Of a stretch of 64,000 nt of DNA, positions 1 to 9,337 are shown piece by piece (the stretch's first letter is position 1; the number at the start of each line of letters is the position of its first letter). Source of the DNA: an uncultured bacterium. GTDB taxonomy: Bacteria; Zhuqueibacterota; QNDG01; DTFT01. Location: the NCBI GenBank assembly GCA_963736115.1, contig CAVTNR010000003.1:98798-162797 (forward strand), written 5' to 3'. A model generated the notes under the pieces. It had not been told where the DNA came from, made no database searches, and worked only from the letters and a program-made list of their open reading frames with translations. The translations under genes were made by a program, and so were the position numbers.

Positions 1-1107
1 CATCCAGAGCCCGGACTTCGGGAGTGCCTTCAAAGCGCCGGAGAATGTTCCGATCAGAACGAACAGAACCCCGAGCCCCCAGGCAAAGGAGAAGAGAAGG
101 CCGAAACCGAGAAGTAGGGAACCCTTTTTCGCCACCCAGGCCAGGATGACGACCAGCAGGGGGCTGATGCAGGGCGACACGATGAGGCCCGAGACAATAC
201 CCGTGAGAAATGCGCCGAGAAATCCTCTTTTCTTTTTTCCGCGCAGTTTGGACGCGACAGCCGGCGGCATCTGGATGGTGAAGGCGCCCAGCATGGAAAG
301 GCCCATGGCCAGGAAGAGCGCGGCGATGAACACGGTCACGGCCGGATGGCTCATGAGGGAGCCGAACAGGGATCCGGTCTTGGCCGCGGCCATGCCGAGA
401 ACGGAAAACGTGATGGATATACCGAGCACGTAAAAGAGGGAGAGTACGAATCCACTCCACCTGCGGCCGCCCGTGGCCTGGGCGCCGATCACGGCCATGG
501 TGATCGGGATCATGGGATACACGCAGGGCGTGAATGAAGTCAGCAGTCCGCCGAGAAACACGAGCAGAAGGGCTGTCCACGATCCCTTTTCCAGCGCGTC
601 CGCCACGCGGCCCGTGATATCCTTTTTTTCACCATCCGGACCTGTGGGCGCAGACTCTCCAGGCTCAGCAACAGTCAGTGTGGTCTCGGCCCGTATGTCT
701 TCTGGAGGAAAGCAGACACCCTGGGTTTCCCCGCACTGCTGAATCGTGACAATAGCCGCGATCGTCCGTTCGCCCGCGGACGCGTCCGGGAGAACCTGCA
801 GGGGGATCTCTACGCGGACGAGTCCCTTGTACACTTTGCCGAACTTGTCCGGCTCGCCTTCTGGATATTTCGGAGCGGAGAAAACTACGCCCGGAACCGA
901 ATCCGGGACAACTGAAAAAAGGCCGTCTCCGGGGGCAGTGACATGGTATCCCTCGGAGAGTGACACCTGCACAATTGCCTTCCCGTTTCCGGGCGCTGGA
1001 ATGGAGGACGGTTCAACGGTCATTCGGACGACGTACGCGCCCTGGCTGAATACGGTGGCGGTCCAGAAAAGCGGGAGAAGGATGAATCGGATCAATCGGG
1101 AAGTCAT
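1..1107 (-). CDS. dsbD: Thiol:disulfide interchange protein DsbD (partial, runs off the window start)
   Basis: Not in the ORF track. Manual translation from ATG at 1107 gives MTSRLIRFILLPLFW..., an N-domain with 'QQCGETQGVCFPP', and transmembrane motifs 'GGLLTSFTPCVYPMIPIT', 'IVSPCISPLL' and 'LPKSGLWM'. The frame is open to position 1. Confidence 0.9.
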   Translation of the reverse strand, partial: MTSRLIRFILLPLFWTATVFSQGAYVVRMTVEPSSIPAPGNGKAIVQVSLSEGYHVTAPGDGLFSVVPDSVPGVVFSAPKYPEGEPDKFGKVYKGLVRVEIPLQVLPDASAGERTIAAIVTIQQCGETQGVCFPPEDIRAETTLTVAEPGESAPTGPDGEKKDITGRVADALEKGSWTALLLVFLGGLLTSFTPCVYPMIPITMAVIGAQATGGRRWSGFVLSLFYVLGISITFSVLGMAAAKTGSLFGSLMSHPAVTVFIAALFLAMGLSMLGAFTIQMPPAVASKLRGKKKRGFLGAFLTGIVSGLIVSPCISPLLVVILAWVAKKGSLLLGFGLLFSFAWGLGVLFVLIGTFSGALKALPKSGLWM

Positions 1108-1175
1108 AGGGACCTCTTTGAATTATTAGATTGCCACGCCCCGTTCCGGAAGCCGGAACGGGGCTCGCAATGACA

Positions 1176-4100
1176 TCAATACTCCGCCCCGAACGAGAAG
1201 TAATGAATGGGCGGGCCGAACACACTCGTGAAGTCCGTCGCTTTGGCATAGTCGTAACGCAGGATGAAATACCCCAGGTTCATCCGTACGCCGACGCCGA
1301 CGCCGCCTTTCAGGTCATTCAGCTTCGGCAGAGTGAAATCGCCGTCCGCAAAGGGTTTCCAGGCTTTGTCGTTGTCCCAGGCGGAACCCACGTCCATGAA
1401 AAGCGCGCCGCGTATGTTCTGGAACCCGAGGGGAAGGGGCCATCCGAGAATGAGGTACTGGACGAGCGGGAACCGGAATTCCAGATTGGTCAGCACGAAC
1501 CGGGTGCCGATCATGTCGTAGTACAGCGTTCCCCGCAGGGGTGTCTCAAAGGAGGAGAAGTAAAAATTATCCGTGTTCGAATCGCCCCAGGGGATGTCCT
1601 GATCCTCCCGGTAGTCGTAATTGATCCAGTCGGACATGCCGCCGAGCAGAAATCGCTGGGGATTGACGCCGCCCGACACGCCGCCCGCGAGCCGGAGCGC
1701 GAATGCGTAGTTCCGGTTGATCATGAAATAGCGGCGCATGTCAGCCTTGGCCGTCCAGAAATCGAGGCCTTGCCGGTTGCTGACCGAGGGACTGTACGAT
1801 AGAGAATAACGGCTCCGGCCCTCGCTCATCGGCCCGGTGGATCCGTAAATGGCCGTGTCCGTGGTGTACCCCGCGTTCAGCATGAGCAGGCGTTTCCGGG
1901 AGATGCTCCCCATTTCGCGCGGCGTGAACGTGTAATAATACATATAGTAGTTTTCGTCCAGTCCCACCAGGTCGCGGGTGATTTCGAGTCCGGTGATTCC
2001 GAAATCCGCCCTGCGATACCGGTCGAAAGGACGCGACGTGAAAAGGCTCAACCCGTAGTAGCGGTCGCGGAGATAGCCGAAATAATAATAACCCTGGTCC
2101 TGGAACCAGGTATAGTACCTGTAGGAGAAGTGAAACAGGGACATGCCCACGTCCACCCGCCTGGGCAGATAGGAGTAGGCCAGCTGGAAGTTGGAGTTTT
2201 TCAGGTTGTAGAAAAGGTCGGTGTACAGGTCGAACTGATGGTTCCCGAGTATGTCGCTGAAACGGACGAAGGTGCTGCCCTGAAGGCCCCAGAACTGGCT
2301 GTAGCCCGCGCCTCCGGATACCACGTCCGGGCTGAACCGGATTTTATACTTGTGGGTTTTGTATTCGCCCAGGCTGTTCTTGTACTGGGTTGAATCGAGA
2401 AAGGCGCTGACCGGTTCGCGGCCCTGAGCCTGCCCTTTCCGGGACCGGTCCGTGAACACGTAATTGCGGACATCGAGCCCGGGCGGTATGGCTTCCGCCG
2501 CCGCGGTGTCCGCGGCCGCTGTCCGGACCGCGGCCTCACGGGGCTCGGATACGAAAAGCGTATTTTTCGGCTCGACGGAGCCCGGTTTGACGTCCATCGG
2601 ATTGGTCATGAGGTAAATGTCGTATCCGCCGTTGTCGAAAGCGGAGAAAGCCAGCCGGGAGCCTTCACGCGACCAGGACAGGTGAATGACGCCGGAAACC
2701 AGATTGGTGAGCGCGCGAACCGTGTCCGTTTCCGTGTCCAGCAGGTAGATGTTGTTGATGCCGCTCCGGTCCGAGATAAAGGCGATGTTCCGGCCATCCG
2801 GCGCCCAGGCCGGGCTCTTCTCGTCCGACCGGTCGGACGTAAGCCTTCGGATGTTGCGGGACTTCAGGTCCAGGAGGCACAGGTCCGTCCGGCTGTAGTC
2901 GAAGCGCTGCATGGCGAAGGCGCCCCGGGGGGCTGCCAGAGAATCGCCGCGGTCCGACACGAACGCGATCCGGCCGCCGTCCGGTGAATAGACCGGGTCC
3001 AGGTCGCTGAAAATGTCGTCCGTGAGTTTTTCCACTCTCCCATCCGCGATCGTCAGTTCGTACAGGTCGGAGCCGCCGTCCCGGATGCCCATGAACGCGA
3101 TGCGGGTTCCGTCCGGGGACCAGTCCGGCGAAAAAACGCCGTCCAGGTCCAGGCGGAAGGAGGCGGATACGGACTTCGTCTTGACATCGAAGAGATAGAG
3201 CGCGTCCTTTCCCCCGGACTTGGCCGCGAAAACGAGCTTTTCACCGTCTGGAGACCATTTCATTCCCGGCCGCATCCAGTGCATCTGCTCGAACAGATCG
3301 GACCGCTCGCCCTGCACGAGTTTGCCGAGGTCCTTGCCGTCGACCGTGTTCAGGACATGGATATCCGTGAATCCGGAACGGTCAGTGAGATAGGCGATCT
3401 TGTCCCCCTTCGGGGAGAGGGCGGGCGCGGAATTCATGAAATGCCGGTTTTTGTCGTGATCGGTGAGACGGCGGGCCACGTCGGCCGGTTCGTTCCGGCC
3501 CTGGATGTCCGGCCAGTAGCTCTGGTGCAGGAACCGGTGCCAACGCTTCGACAGCTCCTCGGTGCTGAGTCCGATGGACTGCCTGAGGGCCTTGTCAAGG
3601 TCCTTGGTCATGCGCACCTTGTGTATGATTTCCCCGATCTTGGGGTCCCCGTATTTCAGCGCGAGGTACCGGTAGAGCGACTGCCCGCCCTTGTATACGA
3701 TATACCCGCCAGTCATGGCCTCGATGGGCGGCGTATAGTCGTACAGCGTGGCGTCGCGCATGTACATGTCGCTTTCCGTGTCCCATCCGAGGCTTTGGTA
3801 TTCGGCGAGCCCTTCCATGAACCAGAGCGGCAGATTCGAGGTCATCACGCCCGTGAGTATGGATCCGGACCTGCCGCCGTAAAACGTCTGGAACATCACC
3901 GCATGCGTGAGCTCGTGGTGGATGACGTGCCGGAACTCCTCATAGCTGCCCTGGAAGGGGATGACCACGCGGTCCTTGAAAACCTCGGTGAATCCCCCGA
4001 CGGACTCTTCGAGCAGTTCGTTGATGACGTTCGTCGACTGAAAATCATTGTGGCTGTTGTACACTACGATGGGGATGCGGGCGCTCATGGAGAAACGGAT

Positions 4101-4340
4101 GGTGTTCTGGAGCTGGACATAGCTCGTCTCTGCCACATCGGCCGTGAACTCGGCGAGCATCCGGTTGTTCCGGTAATAGTACACGTCGAAATGCCGGGAT
4201 TGCAGGTATTCCCAGTTGTGTTTTTCGTACTGGACCTTGTTTTTCCCGAAAATCTGTCCGAATGCGCAGGCCGCGGGAAAAAGCGTTCCGACGGCCAGCC
4301 AGGCGGCCAGTCCCATCGTCCCAATCCGATTCGTTTTCAT
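1176..4340 (-). CDS. Omp85/BamA-TamA family outer membrane protein with N-terminal zinc-peptidase-like (HEXXH) domain and TolB-like/PD40 beta-propeller
   Basis: Signal peptide then 'QIFGKNKVQY', 'HHELTHAVM..PLWFMEGLAEY', repeated 'PxWSPDG' propeller motifs, and barrel motifs 'PLRG', 'LEFRFPL', 'LFMDVGSAW' ending HYFSFGAEY. Start placed at MKTNRIG; the ORF track starts at 4355. Confidence 0.85.
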   Translation of the reverse strand: MKTNRIGTMGLAAWLAVGTLFPAACAFGQIFGKNKVQYEKHNWEYLQSRHFDVYYYRNNRMLAEFTADVAETSYVQLQNTIRFSMSARIPIVVYNSHNDFQSTNVINELLEESVGGFTEVFKDRVVIPFQGSYEEFRHVIHHELTHAVMFQTFYGGRSGSILTGVMTSNLPLWFMEGLAEYQSLGWDTESDMYMRDATLYDYTPPIEAMTGGYIVYKGGQSLYRYLALKYGDPKIGEIIHKVRMTKDLDKALRQSIGLSTEELSKRWHRFLHQSYWPDIQGRNEPADVARRLTDHDKNRHFMNSAPALSPKGDKIAYLTDRSGFTDIHVLNTVDGKDLGKLVQGERSDLFEQMHWMRPGMKWSPDGEKLVFAAKSGGKDALYLFDVKTKSVSASFRLDLDGVFSPDWSPDGTRIAFMGIRDGGSDLYELTIADGRVEKLTDDIFSDLDPVYSPDGGRIAFVSDRGDSLAAPRGAFAMQRFDYSRTDLCLLDLKSRNIRRLTSDRSDEKSPAWAPDGRNIAFISDRSGINNIYLLDTETDTVRALTNLVSGVIHLSWSREGSRLAFSAFDNGGYDIYLMTNPMDVKPGSVEPKNTLFVSEPREAAVRTAAADTAAAEAIPPGLDVRNYVFTDRSRKGQAQGREPVSAFLDSTQYKNSLGEYKTHKYKIRFSPDVVSGGAGYSQFWGLQGSTFVRFSDILGNHQFDLYTDLFYNLKNSNFQLAYSYLPRRVDVGMSLFHFSYRYYTWFQDQGYYYFGYLRDRYYGLSLFTSRPFDRYRRADFGITGLEITRDLVGLDENYYMYYYTFTPREMGSISRKRLLMLNAGYTTDTAIYGSTGPMSEGRSRYSLSYSPSVSNRQGLDFWTAKADMRRYFMINRNYAFALRLAGGVSGGVNPQRFLLGGMSDWINYDYREDQDIPWGDSNTDNFYFSSFETPLRGTLYYDMIGTRFVLTNLEFRFPLVQYLILGWPLPLGFQNIRGALFMDVGSAWDNDKAWKPFADGDFTLPKLNDLKGGVGVGVRMNLGYFILRYDYAKATDFTSVFGPPIHYFSFGAEY

Positions 4341-4412
4341 TCCGCTGTGCTCCATTTTTGTAGCGTTTCAGACAAGTTCTGCGGTCGTTAGCGGTTGTCT
4401 CCTGAAACCAAC

Positions 4413-4482
4413 TCATCACGGATGGACACGGAAAAGACACGGATGTGTGTGATTCTCATGGATTCCGCATCCTTCCGTGAAA
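4413..4482. repeat. CACGGA-motif imperfect palindromic intergenic element (short copy)
   Basis: CACGGATGGACACGGAAAAGACACGGA followed by TTCCGCATCCTTCCGTG; same motif as 26476-26640 and 34622-34775. Confidence 0.55.
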
Positions 4483-4559
4483 ATCCGGGATGTGATACGC
4501 GGACGGGTCAGAAAAAAAACAACACAAATACGTGGATCCGCAGCCGGAACAGGAATGCT

Positions 4560-5096
4560 TCAGTTGTCCGTGTCGTCCGTCCATCGCAGGATGCGCCATT
4601 TTTCATCCCGGCATCTCCTGAACTCGAATACGGCGCGGCCCGACAACGTGACGTCGAAATCCTCGGCTACAAGCGTGAGGTCGAAACCCTTGCTGATGGA
4701 CGCGTCTGTCTCCCCCAGGGTTTCGCTGAGTGTGCTTCTCCACACCAGGTCCGCGATCTGGACGTGGCGCAGCAGCCGGCCGGTCGCGCGAAGGTCGACG
4801 TCGCGGCCCCAGGATACAAACTGGCCGGAGGGACCCTCGTTCGGATCGTAATAAACGAACTGGAAGGCGGTGTCGAGCAGGTCGCTGTACAGGAGCGAAT
4901 CCCGGAAGGCGTAGGCAACCTTGAAATTCTGGAGCACGTCTTCAGGGGTTTTCTGCTCGGTGAGTATCAGGTCGGAGCCTTCCAGCGAATCCGTCAGCCT
5001 GGGGGCGAAGGGATTCCAGCACGCCGAGGCGCACAGGGCCGCGGCCGCCGTCAGCAGCCGGATGGTCCGGAATATGCGCCGCCCCTCCGCAATCAT
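4560..5096 (-). CDS. Hypothetical lipoprotein
   Basis: Hydrophobic leader ending 'LCASAC-WNPFAP' (lipobox-like), then 'TPEDVLQNFKVAY' and C-terminal 'WRILRWTD'. Start could be 5126. Confidence 0.7.
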   Translation of the reverse strand: MIAEGRRIFRTIRLLTAAAALCASACWNPFAPRLTDSLEGSDLILTEQKTPEDVLQNFKVAYAFRDSLLYSDLLDTAFQFVYYDPNEGPSGQFVSWGRDVDLRATGRLLRHVQIADLVWRSTLSETLGETDASISKGFDLTLVAEDFDVTLSGRAVFEFRRCRDEKWRILRWTDDTDN

Positions 5097-5232
5097 CGGG
5101 ATTCCGCCTCCGTCACGTATCCCCATGTAACGACCGCCGAGCCGGTAAAGTTTCTCCCGCGGCCCGCCCCCCTTTCCGGAGGCGGAACCCGGACCCGGCC
5201 CGGCCCGGACGGGAATGCGCTTATTCTAACGC

Positions 5233-5260
5233 CAAAAGGCAGACGTGCATCTGCCTTTTG
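5233..5260. terminator. Intrinsic terminator hairpin downstream of icd
   Basis: CAAAAGGCAGA-cgtgca-TCTGCCTTTTG perfect inverted repeat. Confidence 0.7.
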
Positions 5261-5292
5261 AACACCCAGCCCCAGCCTGTCCCTTCGGGAAG

Positions 5293-6585
5293 TTACATGT
5301 TTCGTATGACGGCGTCTCCGAATTCGGAACACCGGACCTCTTTTGCGCCGTCCATGAGCCGGCTGAAATCGTAGGTCACGGTTCCGGAGGCGATGGCGCC
5401 GTCCATACCCTTGAGCACCCGGTCGGCCGCCTCGGTCCACCCGAGGAAGCGGAGCATCATTTCTCCGGACAGAATGACGGATCCCGGATTGACCTTGTCC
5501 TGATCCGCGTATTTCGGGGCCGTGCCGTGCGTGGCCTCGAAAATGGCGTGGCCTGAGTCGTAGTTGATGTTGCCGCCCGGCGCGATGCCGATGCCGCCGA
5601 CCTGGGCGGCCAGCGCGTCGGAGAGATAATCGCCGTTCAGGTTCATGGTCGCGATGACGTCGAAATCCGAGGCGCGGGTGAGGGTCTGCTGAAAGCAGAT
5701 GTCCGCAATGACGTCCTTGATGAGGAGCCTGCCGGATGCCAGGGCCGCTTTCTGCTCTTCGTCCGCGGCCTTGTCGCCCTTGTCCTTCTTCGTCCTTTCC
5801 CACTGCGCCCAGGTATAAACACGGTCTCCGAATTCCCGCTCCGCCAGGGCGTATCCCCAGTTGCGGAAAGCGCCTTCGGTGAATTTCATGATATTGCCCT
5901 TGTGCACGAGGGTGACGCTTTTCCGGTTGTTGGCCAGGGCGTACCGGATGGCGGCGCGGACCAGTCGTTCCGTGCCTTCCCGGGAAACCGGTTTGACGCT
6001 GAAGCCGGCCGTATCCGGGAACCGGATCTTTTTATGCTCGGCCGGGAAGGCGTCCTTCAGCATGGAAACGAACCGATTGCACGCCTCGGAGCCGCTTTCG
6101 AACTCGAGCCCCGTGTATATGTCCTCGGTGTTCTCGCGGAAAATCACCATGTCGACGTCCTGCGGCTTTTTTACGGGCGAGGGAACGCCCTTGAACCAGC
6201 GCACGGGACGGAGGCAGACGTAGAGGTCCAGGAGCTTGCGCAGGGCCACGTTCAGGCTCCGGATGCCGCCGCCCACGGGCGTGGTGAGAGGGCCCTTGAT
6301 GCCCACGCGGTATTCCCGGAAGGCTTCGACGGTTTCCTCGGGAAGCCAGTTGCCGGTCTTCTTGAAGGCCTTTTCGCCGGCCAGCACTTCCATCCATTCA
6401 ATCCGGCGTTTGCCGCTGTACGCTTTTTCAACGGCCGCGTCCAGGACGCGGACGGACGCCCGCCAGATGTCCGGTCCGGTGCCGTCGCCTTCGATGAAGG
6501 GGATCACGGGACGTTCCGGAACGGTCAGGCGGCCGTTTTCGCACAGGATTCTGCCGCCGGCGGGAGCTTCGGTCTTGCTGGTCAT
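5293..6585 (-). CDS. icd: NADP-dependent isocitrate dehydrogenase
   Basis: '[13 protein letters not shown]', '[21 protein letters not shown]', 'FRENTEDIY', '[13 protein letters not shown]', 'NLNGDYLSD', '[10 protein letters not shown]'. Confidence 0.97.
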   Translation of the reverse strand: MTSKTEAPAGGRILCENGRLTVPERPVIPFIEGDGTGPDIWRASVRVLDAAVEKAYSGKRRIEWMEVLAGEKAFKKTGNWLPEETVEAFREYRVGIKGPLTTPVGGGIRSLNVALRKLLDLYVCLRPVRWFKGVPSPVKKPQDVDMVIFRENTEDIYTGLEFESGSEACNRFVSMLKDAFPAEHKKIRFPDTAGFSVKPVSREGTERLVRAAIRYALANNRKSVTLVHKGNIMKFTEGAFRNWGYALAEREFGDRVYTWAQWERTKKDKGDKAADEEQKAALASGRLLIKDVIADICFQQTLTRASDFDVIATMNLNGDYLSDALAAQVGGIGIAPGGNINYDSGHAIFEATHGTAPKYADQDKVNPGSVILSGEMMLRFLGWTEAADRVLKGMDGAIASGTVTYDFSRLMDGAKEVRCSEFGDAVIRNM

Positions 6586-6621
6586 GTTTCGGGTCTCCGG
6601 AATAGATAAGATCCGATCCGC

Positions 6622-8553
6622 TTAGGAGGATCGCTTGGCATAGGCCAGGGCTCCGCCCGCGCGGATCAAGGCGATGTCACGGGCCGAAAGCGAATGGGTC
6701 AGGCTGGCGTCGAAGCCTTTGGTTTTATTCTTCAGCGTCAGGGCCGCCCCCTCCGGGCCGGCCTTCAGGCCGGTCACGTCGATTTCCACCTCATCGCCCT
6801 GCTGGACGCGGTCGTAGTCCGCTTCGTTCACGAAAGTCAGGGGCACGATGCCGAAATTGATGAGATTGGCCAAGTGGATGCGGGCGAACGATTTCGTGAT
6901 CACCGCCTTCACCCCGAGGAACATCGGCGCGAGCGCGGCGTGCTCCCGGCTCGAACCCTGTCCGTAATTCACGCCTCCGACGATGAAACCGCCGCCCGCG
7001 GCTTTAGCCCGTTTGGCGAAGGTCGGATCCACGGCTTCAAAAACGAATTCAGCGAGCGCGGGCACATTGGAACGGAGCGGCAGGACCTTGGCGCCTGCGG
7101 GCATGATGTGGTCCGTGGTGATGTGGTCGCCGACCTTGAGCAGGATTCCGCCCGAGAGTTTTGCGGGCAAAGGCTCTTTCACGGGAAGCGGCTTGATGTT
7201 CGGGCCGCGCAGCACTTCGACTTTTCCGGGATCCGCGGAGGGCGGCAGGATCATCGCATCGTCCACCGGGAAGCGGTCCGGCAGGGCCGGGGGCCGCACC
7301 GAAGCGCCAAGGGTCCGGGGATCGGTGATCGCGCCGGTGATCGCGGCCGCGGCCGCGGTTTCCGGACTGCAGAGGTAAACGCCGGCCGTTTTCGTGCCGC
7401 TACGACCCTCGAAATTCCGGTTGAACGTGCGGAGCGAGACCGCATTCGAAGACGGGGAAAATCCCATGCCGATGCAGGGGCCGCATACGTTCTCCAGTAA
7501 GCGGATGCCGGAATCCACGATGGCCTGCCATTCGCCGCGGTCCATCAAAGTCCGGACCACCTGCCGCGACCCGGGAGCCAGGGCGACGGACACCTCCGGA
7601 TGGACGCGTTTTCCCCTGAGCATCTGGCTGATCACGGACAGGTCGCGGAACGAAGAATTGGTGCAGCTTCCCATGGCCACCTGCTGAACCCGGGTGCCTG
7701 CGAGATCCGCGACCCGGACCACCTGGTCCGGCATGTGGGGCTTGGCGATCATGGGCTCAAGCCCGGACAGGTCGATTTCGAGAATTTCGTCGTAAGCCGC
7801 GTCCGGATCCGCGGCGAGCGGGATCCACGAGGATTCCCGGTCCTGTGCCCTGAGGAAGAGCCGGGTTTTCTCGTCGCTTGGGAAAATGGAGGTAGTGGCG
7901 CCGAGTTCCGCGCCCATGTTGGCGATAGTCGCCCTTTCCGGCACGTCCAGCGATGCCACGCCCGGTCCCGAGTACTCCATGATTTTGCCCACGCCGCCCT
8001 TGACTGTGAGCCGCCTGAGGATCTCCAGGATCACGTCCTTGGCTGAAACGAATGGATTCAGGGACCCGGACAGGCGGATATTGACGACTTTCGGCATGGT
8101 GAGGTGGAAGGGTTGTCCCGCCATGGCCAGGGCCACGTCGAGACCGCCTGCGCCGACGGCCAGCATGCCGATACCGCCGCCCGTGGGAGTATGGCTGTCC
8201 GAGCCGAGCAGGGTCCTGCCCGGAACGCCGAAGCGCTCCAGGTGCACCTGGTGGCATATGCCGTTGCCCGGTCTGGAGAAAAACAGGCCGTATTTCGACG
8301 CAAAAGACTGGAGGAAGCGGTGGTCGTCCGCGTTTTCGAATCCGTTCTGCAGCGTGTTGTGGTCCACGTAGCTCACGGACAGCTCGGTGCGGATACGGTC
8401 GATGCCCATGGCTTCAAACTGCAGATAAGCCATGGTTCCGGTGGCGTCCTGCGTCAGGGTCTGGTCGATCCCGACAGCAACAGGGGAACCGGCCTTGGGT
8501 TCCCCTTCCTTCAGATGCTGCTGGATGATTTTCCGGGTGATGGATTGTCCCAT
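6622..8553 (-). CDS. acn: Aconitate hydratase (short ~640-aa single-chain type)
   Basis: 'TQDATGTMA', 'GICHQVH', 'GSDSHT', Fe-S ligands 'GSCTN' and 'CGPCIG', 'ITTDHIMPAG', 'NYGQGSSREHAA'. Confidence 0.92.
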   Translation of the reverse strand: MGQSITRKIIQQHLKEGEPKAGSPVAVGIDQTLTQDATGTMAYLQFEAMGIDRIRTELSVSYVDHNTLQNGFENADDHRFLQSFASKYGLFFSRPGNGICHQVHLERFGVPGRTLLGSDSHTPTGGGIGMLAVGAGGLDVALAMAGQPFHLTMPKVVNIRLSGSLNPFVSAKDVILEILRRLTVKGGVGKIMEYSGPGVASLDVPERATIANMGAELGATTSIFPSDEKTRLFLRAQDRESSWIPLAADPDAAYDEILEIDLSGLEPMIAKPHMPDQVVRVADLAGTRVQQVAMGSCTNSSFRDLSVISQMLRGKRVHPEVSVALAPGSRQVVRTLMDRGEWQAIVDSGIRLLENVCGPCIGMGFSPSSNAVSLRTFNRNFEGRSGTKTAGVYLCSPETAAAAAITGAITDPRTLGASVRPPALPDRFPVDDAMILPPSADPGKVEVLRGPNIKPLPVKEPLPAKLSGGILLKVGDHITTDHIMPAGAKVLPLRSNVPALAEFVFEAVDPTFAKRAKAAGGGFIVGGVNYGQGSSREHAALAPMFLGVKAVITKSFARIHLANLINFGIVPLTFVNEADYDRVQQGDEVEIDVTGLKAGPEGAALTLKNKTKGFDASLTHSLSARDIALIRAGGALAYAKRSS

Positions 8554-8565
8554 GCGTCCTTCCGC

Positions 8566-9225
8566 TTATTCGGTGGATTCTTTCCGAGACAGGAGCTCCC
8601 GCTGTTTCCGGTTGCCCAGGTCCAGCCTGCGCAGAAGCTTCCAGGCGCCGATGAGGCCCAGACGGACGAAACCGAAGCGTTCGGTGTTCAATTCCTTGGC
8701 AATCTGGGAAGGACCCCACGAGGGGTGCTCACGCACGATTTGGAGAACCTTGTCGTCAATGCCTTCGGGAACGACTTCGGATTCCTGGGCCTTGCGCATC
8801 ACGGAATCCGCGGTCTGAAGCGCCTGATCCGAAGCTTCCTGCTCCATGGCAAGATTGACTTCCCGGCCGCCGAGGTCGAAATCGCGGATGCTTTCCTCGA
8901 CTGTGTCGTAGGCCTTGAGGATATAATGAAATTCGAGAAGTTCGAAGACTTCGTAGACGTCGGGAATCATGCGGGCCAGCTTGAGATCGCCGCCCCTTTC
9001 CCGGATGCCCTTGATTTCGCTGATGAATATGCCCCAGCCCGCGCTGGAAATATAGTCCACATTGCCCAGGTCGATAATGATGTGGACCACGCCCGTTTTC
9101 AGGAGAGAATCGAGGGCCCTTTCCAGTTCCGCGGAAGTGGTGGTGTCAATGTACCCGCCCACACGGATGACCGACACTTCGCCGAGCGTCCCCACTTTTT
9201 CCACCGATACCTGTATGCCTTCCAT
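8566..9225 (-). CDS. STAS anti-sigma-factor antagonist (RsbV/SpoIIAA-like) with C-terminal HTH-like extension
   Basis: 'GGYIDTTTS..IIDLGNVDYISSAGWG' with the conserved phospho-Ser; extra C-terminal 'IVREHPSWGPSQIAKEL'. Confidence 0.88.
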   Translation of the reverse strand: MEGIQVSVEKVGTLGEVSVIRVGGYIDTTTSAELERALDSLLKTGVVHIIIDLGNVDYISSAGWGIFISEIKGIRERGGDLKLARMIPDVYEVFELLEFHYILKAYDTVEESIRDFDLGGREVNLAMEQEASDQALQTADSVMRKAQESEVVPEGIDDKVLQIVREHPSWGPSQIAKELNTERFGFVRLGLIGAWKLLRRLDLGNRKQRELLSRKESTE

Positions 9226-9269
9226 CGGACTGCCCCCAAAAGAGATCGATAAATATATATAACATTTGA

Positions 9270-9298
9270 AATTTAATAGAAATCGGGGTCATTGTCAA
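9270..9298 (-). promoter_or_regulatory. Sigma70-type promoter upstream of the STAS gene
   Basis: Minus strand TTGACA-N17-TAAATT. Confidence 0.65.
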
Positions 9299-9337
9299 CC
9301 CTTTTTACCGGGGGCCGAGACCGGCCGGAAAAGGATT

